DNA from: Macrostomum lignano
Taxonomy: Eukaryota
Reading direction: 5' to 3'
Length of the DNA: 64,000 nt
Assembly: GCA_002269645.1 (NCBI GenBank)
Contig: NIVC01002417.1
Location: forward strand, 1 to 64,000
This document shows positions 49,101 through 59,943 of this stretch, piece after piece. Each line of letters begins with the position of its first letter. Position 1 is the first letter of the stretch. The position numbers and the translations under genes are program-made. Under the pieces are notes generated by a model that was not told the DNA's origin, made no database searches, and saw nothing but the letters and a program-made list of their open reading frames with translations.

Positions 49101-52100
49101 CCGATCATGACCCAGGTGGAACAGGTGGAACATCGATCATGACCCAGGTAGAACAGGTGTGGCACCGATCATGACCCAGGTGGAACAGGTGGAACATCGA
49201 TCATGACCCAGGTAGAACAGGTGTGGCACCGATCATGACCCAGGTGGAACAGGTGGAACATCGATCATGACCCAGGTAGAACAGGTGTGGCACCGATCAT
49301 GACCCAGGTGGAACAGGTGGAACATCGATCATGACCCAGGTAGAACAGGTGTGGCACCGAGCATGACCCAGGTAGGCAGAAAGCTAATCACACAGGTGAA
49401 GTACTAATCCTTTTAAACTACAAAAGTTGAATTACTTTAAATTTGCAGTGGTGCCAGCAAGACAGCCGGTGTCACAGACTTCAGCTCTCCGACCTCCTCG
49501 TAGCCCCAATGCAGCACTGCACCAAGACGCCCCTGCTGCTAGCCAATATTCGCAAGTACACGAATGACAGCTCGGCGCAGGAGATGCTGACAGACTATCT
49601 TAAACGGGTTGAACACTCGCTTCGTAAGTTTCAACAGTGGAGTGAGTGTGATCTTTTCGCATTCCAACTAATTACTAAATTACCTCTTTCACTAACTCCC
49701 CAACCAGAATTGCTAGAAGAAAAGCTGCAATGGCTGCGCAATTTTGAACGGCTGCAAAATATTCAGCAGCAATTAATTTGGCCGCCAGTATCTGAACTGG
49801 AGCCGCGCGCATTTATTCCCGAATTTCTACGCAGCAGCCTCAGCACGCAGCCATGCGAACAGCTGATTGCCAATCCTAAGAGGCAGCTGTTGTACGAAGG
49901 CCATCTCTACTTGTTGGGTGCGTCTGGGTCAAGATTGGTTCCGCGAGGACTAAGAGGGTTTGGACTTGGCTTGGAGTGGCTGTGTGCAACTGGCTGACTG
50001 GTATATTTTAAATCCAGAGGCTCCGGATTGTCTGGGAAGGTTTGAGGGGTAGGCTGGGCGTGAGGTGGCTGGACGCAACTGCTTGACTGAGATAATTTAT
50101 TAGTCTGAGGCTCCGGATTGTCTGGGAAAGTTTGAGGGGTAGGCTGGGCGTGAGGTGGCTAGGCGCAACTGCCTGACTGAGATAATTTATTAGTCTGAGG
50201 CTCCGGATTGTCTGGGAAAGTTTGAGGGGTAGGCTGGGCGTGAGGTGGCTAGGCGCAACTGCTTGACTGAGATAATTTATTAGTCTGAGGCTCCGGATTG
50301 TCTGGGAAGGTTTGAGGGGTAGGCTGGGCGTGAGGTGGCTAGGCGCAACTGCCTGACTGAGATAATTTATTAGTCTGAGGCTCCGGATTGTCTGGGAAAG
50401 TTTGAGGGGTAGGCTGGGCGTGAGGTGGCTAGGCGCAACTGCCTGACTGAGATAATTTATTAGTCTGAGGCTCCGGATTGTCTGGGAAAGTTTGAGGGGT
50501 AGGCTGGGCGTGAGGTGGCTAGGCGCAACTGCCTGACTGAGATAATTTATTAGTCTGAGGCTCCGGATTGTCTGGGAAAGTTTGAGGGGTAGGCTGGGCG
50601 TGAGGTGGCTAGGCGCAACTGCCTGACTGAGATAATTTATTAGTCTGAGGCTCCGGATTGTCTGGGAAAGTTTGAGGGGTAGGCTGGGCGTGAGGTGGCT
50701 GGGCGCAACTGCCTGACTGAGATAATTTATTAGTCAGAGGCTCCTGATTGGCTGGAAAGGTTTGAGGGTAGGCTGGGCGTGAGGTGGCTGGGCGCAACTG
50801 CTTGACTGAGATAATTTATTAGTCAGAGGCTCCGGATTGGCTGGGAGGGTTGAGGGTAGGCTGGGCGTGAAGTGCCTGTGCTACAATAGTAAAACTGTGA
50901 TTAAGCTAAAAATAACTATGCCTTTAAAACCTCGTATTTTACATGGCTGTAATAAAGGATAATAAAACAAATCAACAGAGATTAACAAAACAATCGAAAT
51001 TTACGGCTTTCTATTTGACGACCTGCTATTGCTGACCAGAATAAAGAAGCAGCCAAAAAAGGTGAGTGCCAAAGTAGTGTAGAGTTGGCAATATACTCGT
51101 ATTTAGATAGGAGAAGAGTTTTTGCGTACTCGAAGTATGTGCCACGTACCTTTTCTTCCCGACAGCGTGGCTCTCAAGAGTCGACTTACTCGTCGACTCC
51201 AACAGACGGTGCGGTGCTTGTCGTTCACCGACAGCCAATCGCGCTTGACAGATTCAGCATTGTTGACATTGCAGCCATGGAATCCAATGGTGAGTTGCTG
51301 CAATGATCTTTGGTATTACTTACAAATTAATCTAACAACACATTGATTGACTGCTTGTAACCGTCTTTAGTTATTATTTGTGTTGATTTTCGGTTTTTTC
51401 CTAAAACATTTACTCCTGAAACACAAAGTTTTTTTATTGGTAGCATTTTCTGTTGATTTTTTTACAATCCATTCGATCTTTAAAATACTCCATGACTAGA
51501 ATATCGTAAATGCTTTTAATTTTCAACTCGTGCCGCTAACTAACTTGTTAATGTTGGATTGCGTCATGCCATTTCAATTATAATCAGTCACATGTAGGCA
51601 TCAGATGTGGTCAGATGAGGGCAGATGATCTCAGGTAGGGTAAGGTAAAGTCAGGTGAGGTAAGGCAGGGTCAAAGAAGGTCAGGTGAGCTCATGCTAGG
51701 TCAGACGAGGTCACGTGAGGTCAGCCAAAGGCGGAGGAGATCAGGCGAGGTCATGTGAGTTTAGGAGAGGTCAAAGGTTAGGTAAGGTCATTTGAGGTCA
51801 GGAGAGGTCAGATGATTTCAGGTAGGGTTAGGTTGAGTCAGATCAGGTGAGGTCAGATGATGTCAGGTAGGGTTTAGTTTAAGTCAGGTCAGGTGAGGTG
51901 ATGTCAGGTAGGGTTTAGTTTAAGTCAGGTCAGGTGAGGTGATGTCAGGTAGGGTTAGGTTAAGTCAGGTCAGGTCAGGTGATGTCAGGTAGGGTTAGGT
52001 TAAGTCAGGTCAGGTGAGGTGATGTCAGGTAGGGTTAGGTTAAGTCAGGTCAGGTCAGGTGATGTCAGGTAGGGTTAGGTTAAGTCAGGTCAGGTGAGGT

Positions 52101-55100
52101 GATGTCAGGTAGGGTTAGGTTAAGTACAAGATTGAAGACTATTGCGAGTCAATTCTCCCTACTCAAACACGCTCTTATAACAAACTGTCCTGTTTAACCG
52201 CAGCCAAGCATGCGCATCAAGACTCATCTGTAACATCCACCTGTGTGGTCGAATGTACATCTTTTATGCCGATGCAGAATCAAGGTATTAAAGTACACTA
52301 ACTAGCCTGTGAGCAACCTCAACTCTCGAGCTGGTCAAGCTTCTATTCACAAACTGTTTTTTAGTTATTCAATGTACACAGTCACATATAGCTACGTGTA
52401 CTTCCAAGTATACAATGGTAAAAATTGATACTGTATCATGTATATAGATGGATGAAAAGGATCTGATACCGAAAATTTACAACGTGACAGCTTATCAGTT
52501 AAGCTGACACCTAAATTAGCAACTTGAAACCATTTTAGTAACTTGGTTACCCAAATCAGCAACCTGACATGCCATTTTAACAACCTGACACCCCAATATT
52601 AGCAACCTGACACCCCAATATTAGCAACCTGACACCATAATATTAGCAACCTGACACCATAATATTAGCAACCTGGCACCCCAATATTAGCAACCTGACA
52701 CCCCAATATTAGCAACCTGACACCCCAATATTAGCAACCTGACACCATAATATTAGCAACCTGACACCATAATATTAGCAACCTGGCACCCCAATATTAG
52801 CAACCTGACACCCCAATATTAGCAACCTGACACCCCAATATTAGCAACCTGACACCATAATATTAGCAACCTGGCACCCCAATATTAGCAACCTGACACC
52901 CCAATATTAGTAACCTGACACCCCAATATTAGCAACCTGACACCCCAATATTAGCAACCTGACACCCCAATATAAGCAGCCTGACACCCCAATATTAGCA
53001 ACCTGACACCCCAATATTAGCAACCTGACACCCCAATATTAGCAACCTGACACCCCAATATTAGCAACCTGACACCCCAATATTAGCAACCTGACACCCC
53101 AATATTAGCAACCTGACACCATAATATTAGCAACCTGGCACCCCAATATTAGCAACCTGACACCCCAATATTAGCAACCTGACACCCCAATATTAGCAAC
53201 CTGACACCATAATATTAGCAACCTGACACCATAATATTAGCAACCTGGCACCCCAATATTAGCAACCTGACACCATAATATTAGCAACCTGACACCATAA
53301 TATTAGCAACCTGACACCCCAATATTAGCAACCTGACACCCCAATATTAGCAGCCTGACACCATAATATTAGCAACCTGGCACCCCAATATTAGCAACCT
53401 GACACCCCAATATTAGCAACCTGACACCCCAATATTAGCAACCTGACACCCCAATATTAGCAGCCTGACACCATAATATTAGCAACCTGGCACCCCAATA
53501 TTAGCAACCTGACACCCCAATATTAGCAACCTGACACCCCAATATTAGCAACCTGACACCCCAATATTAGCAACCTGACACCCCAATATTAGCAACCTGA
53601 CACCCCAATATTAGCAACCTGACACCCCAATATTAGCAACCTGACACCCCAATATTAGCAACCTGACACCCCAATATTAGCAACCTGACACCCCAATATT
53701 AGCAACCTGACACCCCAATATTAGCAACCTGACACCCCAATATTAGCAACCTGACACCTCAATATTAGCAACCTGACACCATAATATTAGCAACCTGGCA
53801 CCCCAATATTAGCAACCTGACACCCCAATATTAGCAACCTGACACCCCAATATTAGCAACCTGACACCCCAATATTAGCAACCTGACACCTCAATATTAG
53901 CAACCTGACACCCCAATATTAGCAACCTGGCACCATAATATTAGCAACCTGGCACCATAATATTAGCAACCTGACACCCCAATATTAGCAACCTGAGACC
54001 CCAATATTAGCAACCTGACACCCCAATATTAGCAACCTGACACCCCAATATTAGCAACCTGACACCCCAATATTAGCAACCTGACACCCCAATATTAGCA
54101 ACCTGACACCCCAATATTAGCAACCTGACACCCCAATATTAGAAACCTGACACCTCATGCCAGTTTATCAATCTGACACCAATATTAGCACACATTTTGT
54201 TCTTACAACTTAAAATATAGCAATTAAAAAGTCACAGAGAGCGAAGTGTCATATAGTTATTGTTTAGTTTAAAGAACATGTATGAACGCTATACTCGCAG
54301 TCATAATTTTTGTTGCTATAGTAAGCAGAGTAATTTGAGTTTTATTTTATTTCTAGTTCCAAGCAATCCCCCAGTGCCTGAACGCTTAGTTTTACCGCTT
54401 AACGAAATACGTTTGACCATTAGATATTTGTCTCATTGAAATTATTGTGCTTTTTATGGAGACGCTTTTGATGTCTATTGTAATCTAAATGATTTTAAAT
54501 GAGACCTTTTTATTGAAAATATGGCGCCTCTATTAGTTACATTTTGCATCGTTTTAGCCGTCAATCTACGCCACGCTTTTGTTCTGGTTAACATTAGCCG
54601 CTTCCGACAGGTGACCGGAGTGCTGACACTGCAGGCTGGCAACGAGAATGCGATGGTAGGCGCTTGTAGTAATTAGTTATTGATAACCAACTGGGGTGGG
54701 GGAGTGGCTAGCTAATAACCAAACTGGGTGGGGGAGGGGCGAGCCGATAACCAACTGGGGTGGGGGAGGGGCGAGCCGATAACCGACTGGGGTGGGGAGG
54801 GGCTAGCCGATAACCGACTGGGGTGGGGAGGGGCTAGCCAATAACCAACTGGGATGGGGGGCTAGCCAATAACCGACTGGGTTGGGGAGGGCTAGCCGAT
54901 GACCGACTGGGGTGGGGAGGGGCTAGCCGATAACCGACTGGGGTGGGGAGGGCTAGCCAATAACCGACTGGGGTGGGGAGGGGCTAGCCGATAACCGACT
55001 GGGATGGGGGGCTAGCCAATAACCGACTGGGGTGGGGAGGGGCTAGCCGATAACCGACTGGGATGGGGGGCTAGCCATTAACCGACTGGGGTGGGGAGGG

Positions 55101-55971
55101 GCTAGCCGATAACCGACTGGGATGGGGGGCTAGCCAATAACCGACTGGGGTGGGGAGGGGCTAGCCGATAACCGACTGGGTTGGGGAGGGGCTAGCCGAT
55201 AACCGACTGGGATGGGGGGCTAGCCAATAACCGACTGGGGTGGGGAGGGGCTAGCCGATAACCGACTGGGTTGGGGAGGGGCTAGCCGATAACCGACTGG
55301 GGTGGGGAGGGGCTAGCCGATAACCGACTGGGTTGGGGAGGGGCTAGCCGATAACCGACTGGGATGGGGAGGGGCTAGCCGATAACCGACTGGGGTGGGG
55401 GAGGGGCGAGCCGATAACCAACTGGGGTGGGGGAGGCGTGAACCGATAACCAAGTGGGTTTATCTATATAAGACCCGCTAGCAGATAAGCGACCCTCAAC
55501 CAACCCCAAATCGCCCAGATGGTGTGGCTGGAGCAGCTTCGGGCAGCTCAGCAGCGCTTCCAGGAGAAGCTGAAGATGAAGCTTGCGCTGGTGGCAGCCG
55601 GAGGCGACGAGGGCGGTCAATTGTGTACGAGCACGCACAGCAAGCTCATCAGCAAGATGCGCCGACTCAAGCAGGCCCGCCAGGCCGCCTCCGCCGATGC
55701 AGTAGGAGCAGCAACCGACGGTGGCCGCTCGCCCGGTGCCCGTTCACCTCAGTGCGCATCTTGCCTGGGCCTCGCCGCCGCCTCCGCCGCCGCCACCGCC
55801 GCCGCAACAACTGCCGCCTCCTCGCCGAATTTCGAAGTCGCCCCTCTGCCGTCTTTAACAGCGCCACCGGAGCCGCTGCAACTGCAGCAAGCGGCTCAAC
55901 AACTGGAATCGAAGACTCTCGACGAACAGCGAGAAACAGAAATTGGTGCCACTTCGAGCTCGGCTGAATAG
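43160..55971 (+). CDS. PLEKHG7: PLEKHG7-like DH-PH Rho guanine nucleotide exchange factor; exons 43160-43326, 44188-44225, 44931-45041, 45751-45888, 46392-46487, 47423-47524, 48640-48756, 49449-49623, 49708-49917, 50979-51061, 51166-51289, 54558-54655, 55519-55971
   Basis: Hand-spliced; all phases are consistent. DH domain: EAVWELFRSELIYLTDYLMVLKH, LFGNVDEL, YCLNY, WCQQDSRCHRLQLSDLLVAPMQH..K.PLLL. Linker: WPP...FIPEFL. PH domain: RQLLYEG, YGFLFDDLLLLT, RQPIALDR, LRHAFVL...LQAGNEN..VWLEQL. These match PLEKHG7 as I recall it (not searched). Confidence 0.9.
43350..43825 (+). repeat. 23-bp pyrimidine-rich minisatellite (cccattctgtgccctcctctctc)
   Basis: Seen directly; inverted partner at 44290-44900. 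Confidence 0.95.
44290..44900 (-). repeat. Same-family minisatellite in the opposite orientation (gagaggagggtacagaatggg)
   Basis: Its reverse complement is cccattctgtaccctcctctc. Confidence 0.95.
45170..45265. repeat. 14-bp tandem repeat acccttgagtatgc
   Basis: Seen directly. Confidence 0.9.
45355..45670. repeat. ~49-bp tandem repeat containing a tRNA/SINE-type B-box (GGTTCGAATCC on the minus strand)
   Basis: Unit cacttcacgagcttcaatcaatgtccccgagcacggattcgaacccggg, about 6 copies. Confidence 0.9.
46050..46340. repeat. 13-bp minisatellite cctcgggaattac / cctcgggattcac
   Basis: Seen directly. Confidence 0.9.
46512..47220 (+). repeat. 21-bp minisatellite cactgtctcccctgacacccc
   Basis: Seen directly; inverted partner at 47720-48565. 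Confidence 0.95.
47720..48565 (-). repeat. Same 21-bp family in the opposite orientation (ggggtgtcaggggagacagtg)
   Basis: The consensus unit is the exact reverse complement of the 46512 unit. Confidence 0.95.
48795..49375. repeat. 32-bp minisatellite with alternating variants (64-bp higher order) gatcatgacccaggt(a/g)gaacaggtg...
   Basis: Seen directly. Confidence 0.95.
50035..50875. repeat. 90-bp minisatellite, ~9 copies
   Basis: Unit gaggctccggattgtctggga...gataatttattagtct. Confidence 0.95.
51600..52125. repeat. Degenerate caggt/gaggt-rich repeat grading into a 40-bp unit
   Basis: Seen directly. Confidence 0.9.
52560..54160. repeat. 22-bp minisatellite gcaacctgacaccccaatatta (~70 copies)
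   Basis: Seen directly. Confidence 0.97.
54685..55450. repeat. G-rich ~30-bp minisatellite gggtggggaggggctagccgataaccgactg
   Basis: Seen directly in the last RhoGEF intron. Confidence 0.95.
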
Positions 55972-57337
55972 AAAGCCTAATGCTGGACGATTGGAATGGT
56001 GAAACTGGGCGCGTAGCCAGGATTGTTGGAAAAAACTTTACAGGTATTCAGCCACGAATTAGTCTTTTTGCCATTCACCAACTGCAGTTTCTTTTAATTT
56101 CTCGTTCACTTAGTGCAAATATTTGTACAGATTTGAATAATATTTGCATGCCATTTTAAATATGCCCGCCCCCATTCACAAACTCTAAAAATTCATATTT
56201 TCTCATTCGCCATCTTCGCTGAATTATATCGCCAGTATTTCGCCAGTTCACCAAATGCAGAAAATTTTGTCTCTCTTGCTATTCACTAACACCAGTGTTT
56301 CGTCTTGTTTTATTCACACGCTTCAATTAGATTCGTTGTCAACTACATATTCACCAAGCTCTAAAGATTTTGGTATTTTTCATTCAAAAAGCTAAACACT
56401 CTTGTGATTTATTGAAATTTGAAAACAAAACTTAACAATAATTTCATAGTAAATGTCGTTTTTGAAACGTATGAATCAGCATCTATATTTTAAAATTTTA
56501 ATTGTCCTTCGACGATGTTGTTTTTGATTTATTGCACTGTCCATTATAACAAATGACTTTGTGCTAATTTTCGAAATATAATAAAATAATTTATTGTGTG
56601 TTATATAGTTGTGCAGCAAATATTTTATTCTAGAGTTTTATATTTTATATTTATACTTTGTAAACGTAAAACGCATAATACATATAATTGCATTATATTT
56701 TCTTATACAACAAAAAATTGTGCAGTTATTGGAATGGAAAGAAATTAAACCGAAAAATGAATTTTATTGCTGTTAGTCTGCATAGTTGCTGTCGATCGTA
56801 GTGTGCGCGCTTATTCAAGCGATACATGCGAGTTGTGAATGAACATATGCAGAAATAGACAAAAACATTTCATTAAAATCTATATATATCTGACCTATTA
56901 AGCAGGAAACGTTTGTTTTAGATAAACAAAACAGTTTTTTATATTTTATTTGATTTTCAAAAAAGTGCGGTTTTTTTGGTTAAAAAACGCGAAAAAAGAA
57001 TTAGAGAGCTTGGCAAAAAGTAGAAAAAAATGAATTTTTTTGTTTTTCTGAAGCAGAAATCAGTAAAATTCAAATAGGATGTTCAAAGTTATTGTGAACC
57101 ACGATTGATTTGAAACTTTAACAGATGCAGATATATGTTATTTAGTTGTGACAAATACAGAATCTTTTTAACTACAGCAACCAGTCAAAAATATGAAGTT
57201 CTTGTTTTACATAAAATACTTTTTTGCGAATCAATCAGCCAAATAACAAACTGCAAATGTTCGCTCGTGCCTTTATGACTTAATAAGTTGACGTTTCTCT
57301 GAGGCCGCGTGAATGGGTAAATCGCCAAAAAATTTTT

Positions 57338-58471
57338 CTAGAAAGTCGACCCGTTCGAACTCGTAAAGAAATTTATCCGACCGGAAAACAGCTTTGCAGC
57401 GTCGAATACATTCGAAGCAACAGTACGAGCATTGTGCGGGTAGCCCAGGTGTCTGAACCGGTGAATGGCGATTGTGCCGCTACTGACATCGCTGTCCAAT
57501 CGAAAACCTTTGGACTTCATCCTTAAGCAGCCTTTTTCTTCTTCGAATAGCGCCTGCTTGTTACGGCGCTTTAAGTTTGCGGACGCTAAGATTGATAACT
57601 CTGAAAAATTGTTGAATATAATTGACAGTTTATAGTAAATGGATTGAATGATCTTTTGCAGAAGTAAATGTAGTTCTAGATAATAGGGGAACTTAGAGGG
57701 ATTGAGAAAAGGATATCTATCCTGATTGTGCCTAAACCAATCACCGAGCTACAAGACCGGCAGAGGGAACAGGAGAGTGTTTCCAAGTTTATCAACTGGT
57801 CCCAGCCAATCACCGAGCTTCGAGACGGGCAGAGAGAGCAGGAGAGTGTGTCCAAGTTAAAAAAGTGGTCCCAGCCAATCAGCGTGCTTCGAGACGGGCA
57901 GAGGAAACAGGAGAGTGTGTCCAAGTTTATAAACTGGTCCCAGCCAATCACCGTGCTGCGCCACGGGCAGAGGGATCAGAAGGGTGTCCTATATTTTGAA
58001 CAGGCCAATCAGCGAACAAAGAGGGGTTGCGAGTCGTTTATTACGCGCGCATAATGTCAATGTTAAAAACCAAAAGCTCACTGTTTTCTCCTGACGGATG
58101 GTAGCATCTCCAGCGATAATTCTGATTAAAGTCCATCACGGGTGACATGACGTAATCGGGCAGCAGATCTACCGGGTGCAGACCCCCGTCCTGACCCTCC
58201 TCCCAGTAGGCCTTGAGCGTTCGGGTCAGCAGGTCCGGTCCCGTCGAGGACACGGGGTCGCCGAATTTGCGCACCTTGAGCAGCTGGGCGATGCTGCGGT
58301 TGAAAAATGGGTGACCCGGCGTGGCGCCCATGCCGGAGTTCATGGCGTTGAAGCTGCGGTTCCACACGATCTGCGCCTGCATGGTGTTCTCCTGGTCCAC
58401 GAAGGCCGAGTAGTTGGCCAGGCTCGGAAAAAAGGGACGCCTGCACTCGACGTCCATGTCGATGTAGATGC
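57338..58471 (-). CDS. Glycosyltransferase family 32 (DxD, SUR1/Och1/A4GalT-type) protein, last two exons 58471-58082 and 57600-57338; 5' exons outside the window
   Basis: GIYIDMDVECRRP (DxD), MNSGMGATPGHPFF, STGPDLLT, and C-terminal TIAIHRFRHLGY. The acceptor ttccag|gc, donor a|gtgagc and acceptor tttcag|ag are all phase 1. Confidence 0.85.
57700..58010. repeat. ~72-bp tandem repeat with an agccaatca (CCAAT-box) core, in the GT32 intron
   Basis: About 4 copies seen. Confidence 0.85.
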
Positions 58472-58511
58472 CTGGAATGGAAGGAAGCATAGATTGTGTA
58501 GTACCGAAAAC

Positions 58512-58959
58512 AGAATACAGCACAGAATACAGCACAGAATACAGCACAGAATACAGCACAGAATACAGCACAGAATACAGCACAGAATACAGCACAGAAT
58601 ACAGCACAGAATACAGCACAGAATACAGCACAGAATACAGCACAGAATACAGCACAGAATACAGCACAGAATACAGCACAGAATACAGTACAGAATACAG
58701 CACAGAATACAGCACAGAATACAGCACAGAATACAGCACAGAATACAGTACAGAATACAGCACAGAATACAGCACAGAATACAGTACAGAATACAGCACA
58801 GAATACAGTACAGAATACAGCACAGAATACGGTACAGAATACAGCACAGAATACAGCACAGAATACAGTACAGAATACAGCACAGAATACAGCACAGAAT
58901 ACAGTACAGAATACAGCACAGAATACGGTACAGAATACAGCACAGAATACAGCACAGAA
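58512..58959. repeat. 12-bp minisatellite cacagaatacag in the GT32 intron
   Basis: Seen directly; cut abruptly at 58959 by the transposon end. Confidence 0.97.
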
Positions 58960-59447
58960 CCCAGTGGGACTTTTCCGTCCGCCCCGATGTCCGCCCGCGC
59001 CTCCGCCCTTTTTTGGGCGACGGCCGCCCCATGGAGCTACGTGACCTCCGCCCCGGCGTCCGGGGCGGCGCCGCTGGGCGGAGCCTGATGAAATTTGCTC
59101 ATAAGCCTACTATTAGTAGTAGAATTAGCACAAATTTCTTTTTTGCTGCATTCACTCAGCATTTTTTTCACGATTTTTCTGCTTTTTGGATTTTTCGATT
59201 TTGGGATATTAGCGATCACTGGCTTCGTAATTAAGGCTATTAGAATGATTCAAAGACTTGTTCGCTTCGTTTTGTTCCTACTGGTGCAGGCAACTCCGTA
59301 ATGTATATTTAAGTCATAGGTAGTTCGTATATTTTAATTATTTGCAAGTATTTTAAGGCATTAAAACATTTTATAAATAAGCGCAATAATTCTTTAAAAA
59401 AGAAATTACAAATGAATATTAGCAAAATCAGGAGTGAAGCGAGTCGG

Positions 59448-59677
59448 CAGGGGCGGATTGAGGGGGGGGGGCATTAGGGCGGCCGCCCCCTATCAAAATA
59501 GCTTGATAAAAAATATTTTTTTTACCTAAGTTTAAAAACCTAAGTTTTTTGTGCATAGCTTCATTTTTACTTTTAACACACTTTTTGCGCCCCCTAGCTT
59601 AAAAATGGCGCCCCTCATACTCTTGATGGCGCCCCCACACTGGGACCCCCCGAAATGAAATTCCAGATCCGACACTT
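59448..59677. mobile_element. 230-bp MITE nested in the CACTA element (hAT-like 8-bp TSD)
   Basis: Imperfect TIRs caggggcggat... and ...atccgacactt. Flanks are cgagtcgg (59440-59447) and cgagtcag (59678-59685), a 7/8 match. Confidence 0.55.
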
Positions 59678-59943
59678 CGAGTCAGTTGTTAACTTTCCTC
59701 CACTTCAGCCAGCAACAGTAGCGGCCCGTGCAACGATCAGAAGTTTTTAATCAAATAGGGGAACAAATGAACAAATGAACGATGTGAGGTCCCCCACCCT
59801 ATTTTACCGACTTGAAACCCCGGACCTATGCGTATCTATGCATAACTAAGCAGCAACTCTTCTAAGCTCAGTATCTTACAAAAGCACCTTAATTAGCCTA
59901 TAGGCTTTCACATTTCTGATACTATTTTAACTATATTACGCAT

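Noticed and set aside
52204-52284. Candidate extra PH-domain exon between two arrays
   Set aside because: Exon 54558-54655 supplies the expected sequence in the correct phase. The flanking arrays share only 8 nt of complementarity.
18125-54160. CRISPR-like arrays
   Set aside because: All arrays are head-to-tail repeats without unique spacers, no cas genes are present, and the context is eukaryotic.
58041-59234. ORFs with (LYSV)n, (RIQH)n and (STEY)n tracts
   Set aside because: 12-bp repeat read-through; the true GT32 exon starts at the acceptor at 58471.
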